Part shown: positions 37,778 through 49,338 of the stretch, in pieces
How the letters are laid out: each line of letters begins with the position of its first letter
Position numbering within the stretch: position 1 is the stretch's first letter
NCBI GenBank assembly: GCA_963422395.1
Contig: OY729431.1
Coordinates: 1,024,001-1,088,000, forward strand
Length of the DNA stretch: 64,000 bases
Source: Vicinamibacteria bacterium
GTDB lineage: Bacteria; Acidobacteriota; Vicinamibacteria; Marinacidobacterales; Marinacidobacteraceae
Direction: 5' to 3'
Notes under the pieces: generated by a model
The model's input: only the letters and a program-made list of their open reading frames with translations
Database searches by the model: none
Told to the model about the DNA's origin: nothing
Position numbers and translations under genes: made by a program

Positions 37778-39726
37778 GGGGCGAACTCGAGGTCGCCGCG
37801 GAGCCGGTCCACACGGACCAGCTGCGCTTCGAGCGCGCCTCCGATGCGGTAGCGGCGGCCCGTCGCCCGGTGCCGGAGCGCGTAGTCGCGCCGGTCGAAC
37901 CGGAAACCGGCGTCCAGGAGCGAAAGGGGCACCGCACCCCGTGCGGGGATTTCGTCGAGCGTGATCTCGAGGCCGAAGCGCCCGATCTCGGCGATGTGCG
38001 CGGCGAAGACCTCCCCGAGCCTGCCGGCGAGCATTCGGGCGATCCGGCGCTTCACGAGAGTGCGCTCGGCTGCCTCGGCGCGCCGCTCGGCTGCGGAGCT
38101 GGCGGCTGCGAGCTCGGCCAGCGTTTCGGAAGCAGGGCCGGAAGCAGCTTCGGGATCCGCCGCCGGGTCTTCGCGCAGGGCGGCGGCCAGCGCCCGATGG
38201 ACGACGAGGTCCGGATAGCGGCGAATCGGCGAGGTGAAGTGGGTGTAGTCGGGAAGCGCAAGCGCGAAGTGCCCCTCGCCGCGCGGGGAATATTCCGCCT
38301 TCCGCATCGCCCGGAGCAGGCGCCTGCGGAGGAAGGGTGCTTCGGGGCGGGATTCGATGCGGGCCAGCAGACGGGCGCAGTGGGCCGGTCGAAGCGGCTC
38401 GGACGGAGAGCGCAGCCTTTCGCCGAAGGCGGTCAGCAGGTCTTCGAAACGCCCTATCCGGACTTCGTCGGGCGCGGCGTGGATTCGGTGGAGCGCTGGA
38501 GCCCCCGCAGTTCGGAGCCTCTCGGCGACCGCCTGGTTGGCGAGCAGCATGAACTCCTCCACCAGGCGATGCGCGTCGTTTCTTTCTGCGTAACGCGCGT
38601 CGAGCAGGTTGCCGTTCGGGTCGGTGGTGACCGCCGGCTCGGGCAGGTCGAGATCCACCGCGCCCCGGTCCCGCCGCGCCCCGGACAGGACTGCCGCGGC
38701 GCGGCCCATCACGCGAACCGCTTCGGGGATGACACCGCGGTCCGCGCCTGCGAGCAGCCGAGCGCCCTCCTCGTAGGTCAGGCGCGCCGCGCTGCGGATC
38801 ACGCTGCGGTAGCAGCGGGCCTCCCGGAGCCGGCCGTCGGGGGCGATGGAGAGCGTCACCGAGCGGGTCAGCCGATCCTCTCCGGGAACGAGGGAACAGA
38901 TGCCCGAGGAGAGTGCTCGGGGCAGCATGGGAACCGCGCGCTCCGGGAAATAGACGGAGATGCCGCGGCGCTCGGCCTCCCGGTCCAGTGGGCTTCCGGG
39001 TGGGACATGGTGGCTCACATCGGCGATGTGGACGCCGATCCGATACCCCCCTCCCGGGAGTCGGGCCGCCTCGATCGCGTCGTCGTGGTCACGGGCGTCT
39101 GCGGGATCCATCGTGAGGATCGGGCGCCCGCGGAGGTCTTGCCGGCCCGCGAGGTCGCCGGCGCCGACCGAGCGCGGCACGCTGTCGGCCTGTGCCAGCG
39201 CCTCCGGCGGAAATTCTTCCCGAATGTCGAAGCGGGCGAGTACCGCACGGAGTTCGGCGCGCGGGTCTTCCGATCCGCCGAAGAGAGACTGCACGGTGCC
39301 GAGCAGTGGGCGCCCCGGAGCTGCGGGCGGCCGGACGCGAACCTCCACCAGGTCTCCGGGGCGGGCGTTTCCCGAAGAGCCGGACGGCACCACGATCTCC
39401 CGCGCCCACTGCTCGTCCCATACCGCGACCGTCCGTTCCGCGGTGAACTGCCCGACGACCCGTTTTCCACTTCGGGCCAGCACCCGGACGACGGTGCCTT
39501 CCAGCCGGCCCCGCCGAGTCCGGAAGGCGATCTCGGCTTCCACCGAATCTCCCGGAAGAGCCCTCCCGAGGCGGCCCTGAGTGATGTGGAGGTCCTCGGC
39601 CGCGTCCTGTCCTTCGGGGATCACCCAGCCGTCGCCGTCTCGTCGGCCTTCGAAACGGCCGCGGATCAGCCGACGGGCGGAGGCCCCCTCCTCCGTCCGG
39701 TCCCGGCCGCGCGTCGCTCTGCCCAC
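37774..39726 (-). CDS. rnr: Ribonuclease R (RNB family)
   Basis: DPADARDHDDA, VHIADVS, LVEEFMLLAN, HFALA..YTHFTSPIRRYPDL, S1 domain. Confidence 0.92.
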   Translation of the reverse strand: MGRATRGRDRTEEGASARRLIRGRFEGRRDGDGWVIPEGQDAAEDLHITQGRLGRALPGDSVEAEIAFRTRRGRLEGTVVRVLARSGKRVVGQFTAERTVAVWDEQWAREIVVPSGSSGNARPGDLVEVRVRPPAAPGRPLLGTVQSLFGGSEDPRAELRAVLARFDIREEFPPEALAQADSVPRSVGAGDLAGRQDLRGRPILTMDPADARDHDDAIEAARLPGGGYRIGVHIADVSHHVPPGSPLDREAERRGISVYFPERAVPMLPRALSSGICSLVPGEDRLTRSVTLSIAPDGRLREARCYRSVIRSAARLTYEEGARLLAGADRGVIPEAVRVMGRAAAVLSGARRDRGAVDLDLPEPAVTTDPNGNLLDARYAERNDAHRLVEEFMLLANQAVAERLRTAGAPALHRIHAAPDEVRIGRFEDLLTAFGERLRSPSEPLRPAHCARLLARIESRPEAPFLRRRLLRAMRKAEYSPRGEGHFALALPDYTHFTSPIRRYPDLVVHRALAAALREDPAADPEAASGPASETLAELAAASSAAERRAEAAERTLVKRRIARMLAGRLGEVFAAHIAEIGRFGLEITLDEIPARGAVPLSLLDAGFRFDRRDYALRHRATGRRYRIGGALEAQLVRVDRLRGDLEFAP

Positions 39727-39751
39727 AGGCGCTAGACTCGGGCTAACGCGG

Positions 39752-39838
39752 GCCGAAGTGGCGGAACGGCAGACGCGCTGCGTTCAGGGCGCAGTACTCC
39801 TCGCGAGTGTCAGGGTTCAAATCCCTGCTTCGGCACCA
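39752..39838 (+). tRNA. tRNA-Leu(CAG)
   Basis: Acceptor GCCGAAG/CTTCGGC-ACCA, anticodon arm CTGCG-TTCAGGG-CGCAG, long variable arm, T-loop TTCAAAT. Confidence 0.97.
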
Positions 39839-39853
39839 GCGGATCGACGGGCT

Positions 39854-40195
39854 GAGCGCTCCGAGAGCGGGGCGTCAGGGATGGCATCGGGCATTCTCGT
39901 GGGAAGAGCGGGATGCCCCGCTCCCGAACCGCCCGGCGCTGCGCGCCGGGAATCCGAACTGCTGCCGGAGGCAGCGATTTCGGATTCTGGGTCACGATTC
40001 TGTGAAAGGGGGTGGACCCCCTTTCACACATACCCCCGCTGCGCCGCGCCCGAGGCAGAGCCTCGGTCGCAACAGGTGTTTTTTCGGCCGCGGACTGGGG
40101 TCGAGGTTTTCGAGCGGGGCGTGATGTGGGGTTGCGTTTCGCACTCCCGCGGGAAGAGCGGGACGCCCCGCTCCCGAACCGCCCGGCGCTGCGCG
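39854..40195 (-). repeat. Repeat family A, locus 2: about 1.3 copies, reverse orientation, 250-bp period
   Basis: Palindrome TGTGAAAGGGGGT-GG-ACCCCCTTTCACA at 40001-40028; GGGAAGAGCGGGA.GCCCCGCTCCCGAACCGCCCGGCGCTGCGCG at 39901 and 40151. Confidence 0.9.
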
Positions 40196-40252
40196 AAAGG
40201 GGGGCAGATCCTGCTTTCGCGGGCCGGGCGGTTTGCGGCTGCTGGCGGCGAA

Positions 40253-41893
40253 TCAGTGCCGCGACTCTTCCGCTGCCGAGTCCGGATTGGGGTCCGGATC
40301 AGGGCGCACCGTCGGGTACTCGATTCCGAGTTGCTCCAGGTAACTGTCGTAGCGGTTGGGGTCGTAGTAGAACGGGCGCATCTCCTCCCGGAAGGCGTCC
40401 ATGCGGTCCTCGTTGCGATGGATCGCCGGCGGGTCGTCGGGGCCGATCAGCGGGGTGTACTGGTGCTCGCTGGTCTGCTCGGCGAAGTATTCCTTCGCGG
40501 CCGGCACCAGTTCCGGGTCGAGGAACAGGTCCATGAGTGTCATGGCGATCACCCGCGCTCCGGCGACCGCGCCCTTGTGGGCGATCGGGGTCGCCATCGC
40601 CACCGCGTTCGCCCAGTGGTGGCCGGGGCCGCCGGGGATGTTCGACGGGAAGCGCAAGGTGACCGTCGGAACATTCCAGGAGATGTCCCCGATGTCGTCC
40701 GATCCGCCTCCTAGCCTCGGCTCCGGCGCCGGGCCGCCGATCTCCCCGAGTTCGGTGGCGAGGCCCTGCTCCTCGACACCGAGTTCTCGCTGGAGCCCAT
40801 GGGCGAGCGCCTGGTCCGCCTCGCTCCATTCCGGAAGCCCTACCCGCTCGATGTTGGCCCAGACCGCCTCCGCGACCGGCTTGTTGAAGTACCGGGGATA
40901 GGCGTGGCCCAGGATGCGCCAGGAGACCTCGGTGTCGGTCATGGCGGCGGCGGCTTCCGCCATCGTGTTGCCGAGGTCGAACAACTCCTGCATTCCCGAC
41001 TGTTCCAGCTCGCGAAAGTAGTACCAGACGGACGCCAGCTGCGGCACCACATTCGGCTGGTCCCCTCCGTTGGTGATCACATAGTGCGAGCGGTGCGGCA
41101 GCCGCAGATGCTCCCGCTTGTAGTTCCAGGCGGTGTTCATGATCTCCACCGCGTCGAGGGCGCTCCGCCCGCGCCAGGGCGCGCCCGCGGAGTGCGCCGA
41201 TTCGCCGCGGAAGGTGTACTCGACGGAAACGAGGCCGTTGCCGCCGCCCTGTCCCCAGCTCACCCCGAAACGCGAGGAGACATGGGTGAAGATGCAGACA
41301 TCCACATTCTCGAAGTAGCCGTCGCGGAGGAACCACGCCTTGCTCCCCACCAGCTCTTCTGCGACTCCGGGCCAGAGGACGATGGTCCCCGGAATGCCCT
41401 CGCGCTCCATCACCTCCTTCGCGGCGAGCGCACCCGCCACGATCACCGCCTGTCCCGAGTTGTGCCCCTCGCCGTGGCCCGGGGCACCCTCGACCAACGG
41501 ATCGTGATACGCCACTCCCGGCTTCTGGGACGCCTTCGGGATCCCATCGATGTCGCTGCCGAGCGCGATCACCGGCGATCCGGAGCCCCAGCGGGCGATC
41601 CACGCTGTCGGTATTCCGGAGATCGCCTCTTCGACTTCGAATCCCTGCTCGCGCAGGATCCCGGTGAGGTAGCGGGAGGTCTCGACTTCCTGAAAACCGA
41701 GCTCTCCGAAGCTGAAGATGGAGTCCACCATAACCTGCACCAGCTTGGCCCGCTCGGACGCCCCCTGTTCTGCCACCGGGCGCAGCGTTTCCAGATCCTG
41801 CGCCGCGAGCGGGGCGGCGAGCAGGGCAGTGACCGGGAAAGCGAACAGGGCGGCCGGCAGCAGCAGCCGGCGCTTCACGAACGGAGTGGGCAT
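40253..41893 (-). CDS. Secreted M20 amidohydrolase (AbgB-like)
   Basis: Signal peptide, ELGFQE, GHGEGHN, AEE, G..AHSAGAPW.GRSALDA, GGSDDIGDISW. Confidence 0.9.
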   Translation of the reverse strand: MPTPFVKRRLLLPAALFAFPVTALLAAPLAAQDLETLRPVAEQGASERAKLVQVMVDSIFSFGELGFQEVETSRYLTGILREQGFEVEEAISGIPTAWIARWGSGSPVIALGSDIDGIPKASQKPGVAYHDPLVEGAPGHGEGHNSGQAVIVAGALAAKEVMEREGIPGTIVLWPGVAEELVGSKAWFLRDGYFENVDVCIFTHVSSRFGVSWGQGGGNGLVSVEYTFRGESAHSAGAPWRGRSALDAVEIMNTAWNYKREHLRLPHRSHYVITNGGDQPNVVPQLASVWYYFRELEQSGMQELFDLGNTMAEAAAAMTDTEVSWRILGHAYPRYFNKPVAEAVWANIERVGLPEWSEADQALAHGLQRELGVEEQGLATELGEIGGPAPEPRLGGGSDDIGDISWNVPTVTLRFPSNIPGGPGHHWANAVAMATPIAHKGAVAGARVIAMTLMDLFLDPELVPAAKEYFAEQTSEHQYTPLIGPDDPPAIHRNEDRMDAFREEMRPFYYDPNRYDSYLEQLGIEYPTVRPDPDPNPDSAAEESRH

Positions 41894-42169
41894 CGGAACG
41901 AACCTCTCTTGGGCGGTAGCGTATGCCCCCGCGGGGCTCGCCGGAGGCGGCGGAGTGTATCGGCGGCGGATTGCCGCGGACCCGTCGTTTCCGCGGGCTT
42001 CCGGGTGGCGGCGAATAGGACGCGCGGAACCCGGTGCGGCGCGTCGACTGCCGCGGAGGGGGCGGCGAGCCGTGGGCGGAGTGGAGAACGGGGCTCGCCG
42101 GTCGGCGGCCGCATGACTTCGGTAGCGGACTGCTAATCTCCCTCTCGCCAGGAGGCTTTCGGCGCCGCT

Positions 42170-42250
<81 letters not shown>

Positions 42251-42251
<1 letters not shown>

Positions 42252-43609
42252 TGAGCCCGTCGCCGGACACCAGCGAGTTCGTGGACAAGCAGATGAAGCC
42301 GCCGTCCGATGCGGAGCGCATTCCAGGGCTCGGCTTCCGGCTCGAAACGGAGAGTTCCTCCCGGCGCGCGATCGAGGTAACGGTCCCGGCCGCCGTCTTC
42401 GAGGAAGCGGTGCAGGAGGAGCTGCGCCGGATTCGCCGGCGCGCCCACCTGCGCGGCTTCCGCAAGGGGAAAGCCCCCCTCGAGAGGATCGAGCGGGCCT
42501 ACGGCGACGACGCCAGGGAACGTGCCATCAGCCGTCTGGTGGCCCGCGCCACCCGCGAGAGCCTCCACGAGCTCGGCGTCGCGCCGCTCGATACGCCGGA
42601 GGCACGGATCGAAGGGGCCGAGCGGGGGGGAGCACTGACCGCCCGGCTGACCTTCAGTGTCTGGCCGGACCTCGGAACGGTGGATTTCTCCGGCATCGAG
42701 GTCGAAGACCCGAAGAGCTCGATCACCGAATCCGATATCGGGGAAACGCTGGAGCAGATGCGGATCGAGCGGGCGACCCCCGGACCGATCACCGATCGCG
42801 GCATCCAGGACGACGATTTCGTCGTGGGCGACCTCGAGGAGTCGGACACTGCCGAGGGAAGTGCGTGGTTGCGAAAAACCGAGGGAGTCGCGTTTCGGGT
42901 GGGGACCGGGGCCTACCACCCCGCACTCCACGAAGCGCTCCAGGGCGCCCAGGCCGGCGATACCGTGATCGCCACCGCCCGCTTCGGAGAGGAGTCGCCG
43001 GATCCGGACCGCGCGGGGCGGGCGCTGCGGGCGCAGTTCGAGATCGGGAAAGCGGCCATGCCGGTGCTACCGCCGCTCGACGATGCTTTCGCCCGCAGCG
43101 TGGGTGCGAACTCGCTGCTCGCACTGCGCGGCGACATCCGCGACCGGCTGCGTGAGCGCGCTGCGGCGGACGACCGCCGCGAACTGGCGAACCGGTTGGT
43201 GGCCGCTCTGCTGGAAAAGAATCCCGTGGAGCCTCCGGTGCCGCTCGTGCAGGGGGATCTCGACAATCGGGTGCAGCTCCTCGCCGCGGGCATGGAGGAG
43301 CGCGGAATTCCTCCGGAACAGGTGGAGGCGGAGCTCAGGCGGCGTCTTCCGGAGCTGCGCGCCAACTGTGAGAGCACGGTCGCTTCTGCGATCCTGCTGG
43401 ATGCGCTGGCTGATCAGGAGAACATCGAAGCATCCGAGGAAGTGGTCTCCGAACGCATCGGCGCCCTGGCCGAGCGGCAGAAGAAGACTCCTGCCGCTCT
43501 CCGGGCGGCGATGGAAGGTGACGGGCAGCTCGATCGCCTCCGCACCGGACTTCGGCGGGATGCGGCGATAGAGTTTCTCCGGGAACGGGCGCGGCGGACC
43601 ACGGTCTGA
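42251..43609 (+). CDS. tig: Trigger factor (start 42251 or 42293)
   Basis: Ribosome-binding motif GFRKGKAP, LPPLDDAFA; canonical tRNA-Leu-tig-clpP-clpX order. Confidence 0.92.
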
Positions 43610-43719
43610 GTGCCTGAGTGAAACCGGAGGAATCCACTTGGGAAGATCCCGGCAGTGACGGTTTTCGTCCCAGTCAGGCGGTAATCTGCTTCCGGGCTCC
43701 GGGAGGAAGGAAGATACTC

Positions 43720-44343
43720 ATGAAACCCGAAATCCGCGATCAGGTGTTGATTCCCCATGTCATCGAGCAGACCGGCCGGGGAGAACGCGCCTATGACATC
43801 TACTCTAGGCTGCTCAAAGACAGCATCGTCTTCATCGGGCAACAGATCACGGATTCTCTCGCCAATACCGTCGTGGCTCAGCTGCTTTTCCTCGAAGCGG
43901 AAGATCCCCAAAAGGAAATTTCCCTGTATATCAACTGTCCGGGCGGTTCGGTGAGCGCGGGGCTCGCGATCTACGACACGCTGCAGTTCATTCGTCCCGA
44001 TGTGACGACGTATTGCCTGGGGCAGGCGTCCAGTATGGGGGCGATCCTGTTGGCGTCGGGGGCGGTCGGCAAGCGCTTCGCTCTGCCCAACTCCACGATC
44101 ATGATCCATCAACCCCTCGGCGGGGTCGAGGGGCAGGCGACCGATATCCAGATCCGGGCCAATGAGATCGTGCGGGTGCGGTCCCGGCTGATCGAGATCC
44201 TCGCCCGGCACACCGGCCGGGATGCCGCGGAGATCGCCCGCGACATCGAGCGGGATCACTTCATGACCGCCCAGGACGCCCGTGAGTACGGAGTGGTGGA
44301 CCAGGTGATCGAACGCCGGGTGACTTCGGAAACCGACAGCTAG
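43720..44343 (+). CDS. clpP: ATP-dependent Clp protease proteolytic subunit
   Basis: [35 protein letters not shown]; GGAGG-type SD upstream. Confidence 0.97.
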   Translation: MKPEIRDQVLIPHVIEQTGRGERAYDIYSRLLKDSIVFIGQQITDSLANTVVAQLLFLEAEDPQKEISLYINCPGGSVSAGLAIYDTLQFIRPDVTTYCLGQASSMGAILLASGAVGKRFALPNSTIMIHQPLGGVEGQATDIQIRANEIVRVRSRLIEILARHTGRDAAEIARDIERDHFMTAQDAREYGVVDQVIERRVTSETDS

Positions 44344-44491
44344 TCATGACCTTGCGATAGGTTGTTCATGCGATCCTCAAGACCGGACCAGTTCTTCTGC
44401 TCGGAGTGGTGCTTGGCGCGGTTCTGCCGGGATGCCTCGCCGGTCGGCTGCCGAGTGGCTCCATCCACGGGCTGCTAGAATCGAGAGCGCT

Positions 44492-45802
44492 GTGCCAACC
44501 AGGGGGAAGCGGTCGAGCGGCGGACCCACCGACAATCTGACCTGCTCCTTCTGTAACAAGCGGCAGGGATCCGTCGGCAAGCTGATCGCCGGGCCCGATC
44601 GGATCTTCATCTGTGATGAATGCGTCGCCATATGTAACGACATCATCGCGGACAAGGGGAGGGTGCCGTCGCCCGAGACCCGGCGCAAGCAGCCGCTTAC
44701 TCCGGAACAGATCAAGTCGCGTCTCGACGACTATGTGATCGGTCAGGAGGAAGCCAAGAAGAAACTCGCGGTTGCGGTCTATAACCACTACAAACGGGTC
44801 CGGCTCACCCGGCACGGAGGCTCGGGTCAGGAAACCGTGGAGCTGAGCAAGAGCAATGTCCTGCTGCTCGGAGAGACGGGAACCGGAAAGACACTCCTCG
44901 CCCAGACGCTCGCCCGAATCCTCGAAGTTCCGTTCACTATCGTGGACGCCACCACTCTGACCGAAGCCGGCTATGTCGGCGAGGATGTCGAGAACATCAT
45001 CTTGAAACTCCTGCAGGCCGCGGACGGCGATATCGCCCGCGCCCAGGAAGGCATCATCTATGTGGACGAGATCGACAAGGTGTGCCGCAAGGAGGAAAAC
45101 CCTTCGATCACCCGGGATGTCTCGGGCGAGGGAGTGCAGCAGGCGCTGCTCAAGATCGTCGAGGGGACGGTGGCGAGCGTTCCCCCCCAGGGAGGCAGGA
45201 AACACCCGCACCAGGAGTTCCACCAGGTGGACACCACGAACATCCTGTTCCTCTGCGGCGGGGCTTTCGTGGGACTCGAATCCATCATCGAACGCCGCAT
45301 CGGTGAAAAGGCGCTGGGTTTCGGCGCCGCCGTTCCGGAGAGCGCGCGGGCGCGGCGGGACGCTACCCTCGACCAGCAGCAGCCCGCCGACCTGATCCGT
45401 TACGGGCTCATTCCCGAGTTCGTCGGCCGTCTGCCGGTGGTCGCGACTCTTCGGAACCTGGGCGAGCGCGAGCTCATCCGGATCATGACCGAACCCAGGA
45501 ATGCCATCGTGAAGCAGTACCAGGCGCTGCTGCGCGACGAGGGCGTCGAGTGCCGCTTCACCGACGACGCCCTCGAGTCGATCGCGGTCCAGGCCGTCGA
45601 GCGCAACCTCGGGGCCCGCGGACTCCGGATGATCATCGAAGACCTGATGCTCGATCTGATGTATGACCTGCCCTCGCGGAAACAGGTGCGCGAGGTCGTG
45701 GTCACCCGGGAATTCGTTGTCGGACAAGCCGATCCGGTCACCGTGCTTTCCCGAAAAGCAGCCCCCGAAGCCGCCCGAAAAGCTACCCAAAAAGCTGGCT
45801 GA
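44492..45802 (+). CDS. clpX: Clp protease ATP-binding subunit ClpX
   Basis: Zn finger [46 protein letters not shown] loop. Confidence 0.97.
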   Translation: MPTRGKRSSGGPTDNLTCSFCNKRQGSVGKLIAGPDRIFICDECVAICNDIIADKGRVPSPETRRKQPLTPEQIKSRLDDYVIGQEEAKKKLAVAVYNHYKRVRLTRHGGSGQETVELSKSNVLLLGETGTGKTLLAQTLARILEVPFTIVDATTLTEAGYVGEDVENIILKLLQAADGDIARAQEGIIYVDEIDKVCRKEENPSITRDVSGEGVQQALLKIVEGTVASVPPQGGRKHPHQEFHQVDTTNILFLCGGAFVGLESIIERRIGEKALGFGAAVPESARARRDATLDQQQPADLIRYGLIPEFVGRLPVVATLRNLGERELIRIMTEPRNAIVKQYQALLRDEGVECRFTDDALESIAVQAVERNLGARGLRMIIEDLMLDLMYDLPSRKQVREVVVTREFVVGQADPVTVLSRKAAPEAARKATQKAG

Positions 45803-45874
45803 CTGCCGAAGCGGCTGCCGGCCTTCGGTCGGGCGTACCGCCCGGCGCGCTGCTCCTTTCTCTACTTCTCTCGA

Positions 45875-46522
45875 ATGACCGCCACCATGCCGCAAAGAAC
45901 GCGGGCGCCCGCCGTCTTCGTGACGAGCGCCGCTGCTGCCGCCGGTTTCCCGCCGCCGGCGATGCCCGAGGTGGCGTTCATCGGACGCTCGAATGTGGGG
46001 AAGTCGAGCCTATTGAACCGGCTCGCCGGAGCGCGGCGCCTCGCGCAGGTGTCGAAGACGCCCGGTCGCACCCGGACCGTCAATTTCTTCGATGTCGGGG
46101 GGAACCACCGGTTGGTGGACCTTCCGGGGTACGGGTTCGCGAGGATTCCGGATGCGGTGCGAGCCGGATGGGAAGACCTCGTCCTCGCCTATCTCACCGA
46201 CCGCGAAAGTCTGGTACTGCATCTGCTGCTCGTGGACTCGCGGCGCGACCCGCTCGCAAGCGACCGCGAGGCGTTCGCCCTGCTTCGCGGCACCGGGCGG
46301 GCGGTTGCAGTGGTCGCCACCAAGGTGGACCGGATGCGGCGCGGTGAGACGCGCTTGCGGCTGCGGCTGCTCGAAGAGGCGTACGGCGAAGGCGGGGCGA
46401 TTCCGGTGATCGCCTGTTCGACGGTCACCCTCCTCCCGCGGGCCGGAGTTCCGTCGGGTGCGCTCTCGGGGATCTCCGAGGTTCGGCGGCTCATCGCCGA
46501 GAAGGTAGAGGCATGGCGCTGA
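45875..46522 (+). CDS. engB: Ribosome biogenesis GTPase YihA/EngB
   Basis: GRSNVGKSS, SKTPGRT, DLPGYG, TKVD. Confidence 0.95.
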   Translation: MTATMPQRTRAPAVFVTSAAAAAGFPPPAMPEVAFIGRSNVGKSSLLNRLAGARRLAQVSKTPGRTRTVNFFDVGGNHRLVDLPGYGFARIPDAVRAGWEDLVLAYLTDRESLVLHLLLVDSRRDPLASDREAFALLRGTGRAVAVVATKVDRMRRGETRLRLRLLEEAYGEGGAIPVIACSTVTLLPRAGVPSGALSGISEVRRLIAEKVEAWR

Positions 46523-47874
46523 GTTTCGGCACCGGCGGCGCCCGCCATCGGTCCCGCCGGAGCTTTCGGGCGGGGTCCCGGATTCCGGGGAAGGCCGCGC
46601 CTGGTGTCGTTCGGGTGTTCCGGACTGCAGAACTCGCGCGGATGCGCCCGGGCGAGCTGCAGGAAGTGGCCGAGTCCCTCGGCATCGAGACTCCCGACGC
46701 TCTCCCCCGGAAGGATCTGCTCTATCGGATCGTCGACGCCCAGACGGCACGCGGAGGTCGGGTCATCGCCCAGGGAACGCTGCATCGCCTCGTGGAGGGC
46801 TTCGGCTTCCTCCGTTCTCCGATCAACTCCTACCTGCCGGGGCCGAACGATGTCTATGTCTCGCCGATGCAGGTGCGCCACTTCAATCTCAGGAACGGCG
46901 ACCTGTTGCTCGGCGACATCCGCCGGCCGCGGGGGGGCGAGCGTTACTTCGGCCTGAAGAATCTGGAGCTGGTCAACGGCGAACCGGCGGCCGAAAGGCC
47001 CGAGCGGCCCGAGTTCGAAGCGCTGACCCCGCTGCACCCCGACCGGAGGATTCGGTTGGAGAACGGCTCGGCGGATCTGGCTTCGCGGATCGTGGATCTC
47101 GTGGCACCGATCGGGGCCGGCCAGCGGGGTCTCATCGTGGCGCCGCCCCGCGCGGGCAAGACGGTTCTGCTGCAATCCTTCGCGAACGCCATCCAGCGGA
47201 ACCATCCGGAGATCGATCTTTTCGTGCTGCTGGTGGACGAACGACCGGAAGAGGTTTCGGACATGCTCCGGAATGTTCGGGGAGAAATCCTGAGTTCCAC
47301 CTTCGACGAGCGCTCCATCCGGCACATCCAGGTCGCCGAAATGGCGATCGACCGGGCGAAACGGCTCGTGGAGATCGGACGGGATGTGGTGATCCTGCTC
47401 GATTCGCTGACCCGGCTGGCGCGTGCCTACAACCACACGAAAGCGGCGGCGCGGGGGCGACTGCTTTCCGGGGGCATGGACGCGAGTGCGATCCAGTATC
47501 CGAAGAAATTCTTCGGCGCTGCGAGGAACATCGAGGGCGGCGGATCCCTGACCATCCTGGCCACCGCGCTGGTGGATACCGGCAGCCGGCTCGACGATGT
47601 GGTGTACGAGGAGTTCAAGGGCACCGGGAACCTGGAGATCCACCTCGATCGGCATCTGCTCGAACAGCGGCTGTTCCCCGCCATCGATCTCCACCAGAGC
47701 GGCACGCGCCGGGAGGAGCTGCTCCTTTCCGATGAAGAGCTCCAGCGCATGTCGGTGCTCCGCCGGGTGCTCGCCCCGCTCGAACCACTGGAAGCGATGG
47801 CGCTCATGATCGGCAAGATGCAAGAGACCCGGACGAATGCCGATTTCCTGAGCGCGATGACATCGTCCGATTGA
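46513..47874 (+). CDS. rho: Transcription termination factor Rho
   Basis: [56 protein letters not shown]. Confidence 0.97.
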   Translation: MALSFGTGGARHRSRRSFRAGSRIPGKAAPGVVRVFRTAELARMRPGELQEVAESLGIETPDALPRKDLLYRIVDAQTARGGRVIAQGTLHRLVEGFGFLRSPINSYLPGPNDVYVSPMQVRHFNLRNGDLLLGDIRRPRGGERYFGLKNLELVNGEPAAERPERPEFEALTPLHPDRRIRLENGSADLASRIVDLVAPIGAGQRGLIVAPPRAGKTVLLQSFANAIQRNHPEIDLFVLLVDERPEEVSDMLRNVRGEILSSTFDERSIRHIQVAEMAIDRAKRLVEIGRDVVILLDSLTRLARAYNHTKAAARGRLLSGGMDASAIQYPKKFFGAARNIEGGGSLTILATALVDTGSRLDDVVYEEFKGTGNLEIHLDRHLLEQRLFPAIDLHQSGTRREELLLSDEELQRMSVLRRVLAPLEPLEAMALMIGKMQETRTNADFLSAMTSSD

Positions 47875-47915
47875 GTCTCCCCCTCGAGTTCTCATGCTAC
47901 GATCCCGGCCCTCTC

Positions 47916-48164
47916 GTGCGCGCCGGCATCCATCCTCCGTACCAGGAAATCAAGGTGGCCTGCGCCTGCGGCGCGAGTTTCTCGACTCGCTCCACCCGGA
48001 AGACCGACCTCCGTCTCGAGATCTGTTCCGCCTGCCACCCGTTCTTCACCGGAAAGCAGCGGATCATCGACTCCACCGGACGGGTCGAGCGGTTCCGCCA
48101 GAAGTTCGGCCAGGTCCAGTCGAAGCGTCTGGCGAAACAGCAGTCGCCGCAAGCGGCTTCCTGA
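47916..48164 (+). CDS. rpmE: 50S ribosomal protein L31 (Zn-binding type)
   Basis: [26 protein letters not shown]. Confidence 0.97.
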   Translation: MRAGIHPPYQEIKVACACGASFSTRSTRKTDLRLEICSACHPFFTGKQRIIDSTGRVERFRQKFGQVQSKRLAKQQSPQAAS

Positions 48165-48237
48165 TCCTGCCGGCGAGCCGCTCGCCGGCCCCTCGCCGGC
48201 GGTGGCAGTGGCAGGAGCGACCCCGGGTATTTGCTCC

Positions 48238-49335
48238 ATGAACCCGAAAGGCGACTTCGCCCCCGGCCTAGCGGCCTCGCTGGCAGCCGCGGAAAAGCGC
48301 TACCTCGAGGTGACCGAGCGCCTCGCCGATCCGGCAGTTCTCGCTGATCCGGCCAGGCTTCGCCAGCTGTCCTCAGCCCACGGCGAACTCCAGCCGCTCG
48401 TCGAAGCGGGCGAGTGGATGCGCACTCTCCGGGCCCGGCTCGCAGACGCGCTCGCGCTCGAGGACGACCCGGACGAGGAGATAGCCCGGCTCGCCGCCGA
48501 GGAAGCCTTGGCGGCCCGCGGCGCGCTCGCCGACGCCGCCGCTGCGATCCGTCGGCTGCTGCTGCCGAAGGACCCGAACGACGATCGGAATGTCCTCCTC
48601 GAGGTCCGGGCAGGAACTGGCGGCGAGGAAGCGGCGCTCTTCGCCCGCGAAATCTTCCGGATGTACGAGCAGTACAGCCGGTCGCGGGGATTCGGAGTGG
48701 ATGTCGTTTCGCAGCAGGAATCTGCGGTCGGCGGGCTCCGCGAGATCGTTGCGGTGATCGAAGGTCGGGGCGCCTTCAGCAGGCTGAAGTTCGAGAGCGG
48801 TGTGCACCGGGTGCAGCGGGTCCCGGCGACCGAGGCCTCCGGCCGTATCCACACTTCGACGGTGACCGTCGCCGTGCTTCCCGAAGCCGAGGAGGTCGAG
48901 GTCCGGCTGGATCCGAAGGAGCTTCGAGTGGACACCTTCTGCTCTTCGGGGCCGGGCGGACAGAGCGTGAACACGACCTACTCGGCGGTGCGGATCACCC
49001 ATCTGCCATCGGGAGTCGTGGTGAGTTGCCAGGATGAAAAGTCCCAGGTCAAGAACAAGGCGAAGGCGCTCCGGGTGCTTCGCTCCCGCCTGCTCGATCT
49101 CGCCCGTGCCGAGGAACGCGAGCGGGTGGCGCAGGAGCGGCGCGGACAGGTCGGGCGCGGAGACCGCAGCGAGAAGATCCGTACCTACAACTTCAAGGAG
49201 AACCGGATCACCGACCATCGCATCGGCCTGACCCTCCACGCGCTTCCCGCAGTGCTCGGCGGGGAGCTCGACGCCCTCATCGAGCCATTGCAGGCCAGCG
49301 AACAGTCCGAGCGGCTCCAGGCGCTCGAGCTCTGA
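48238..49335 (+). CDS. prfA: Peptide chain release factor 1
   Basis: [19 protein letters not shown] (PxT), [15 protein letters not shown]. Confidence 0.97.
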   Translation: MNPKGDFAPGLAASLAAAEKRYLEVTERLADPAVLADPARLRQLSSAHGELQPLVEAGEWMRTLRARLADALALEDDPDEEIARLAAEEALAARGALADAAAAIRRLLLPKDPNDDRNVLLEVRAGTGGEEAALFAREIFRMYEQYSRSRGFGVDVVSQQESAVGGLREIVAVIEGRGAFSRLKFESGVHRVQRVPATEASGRIHTSTVTVAVLPEAEEVEVRLDPKELRVDTFCSSGPGGQSVNTTYSAVRITHLPSGVVVSCQDEKSQVKNKAKALRVLRSRLLDLARAEERERVAQERRGQVGRGDRSEKIRTYNFKENRITDHRIGLTLHALPAVLGGELDALIEPLQASEQSERLQALEL

Positions 49336-49338
49336 GCG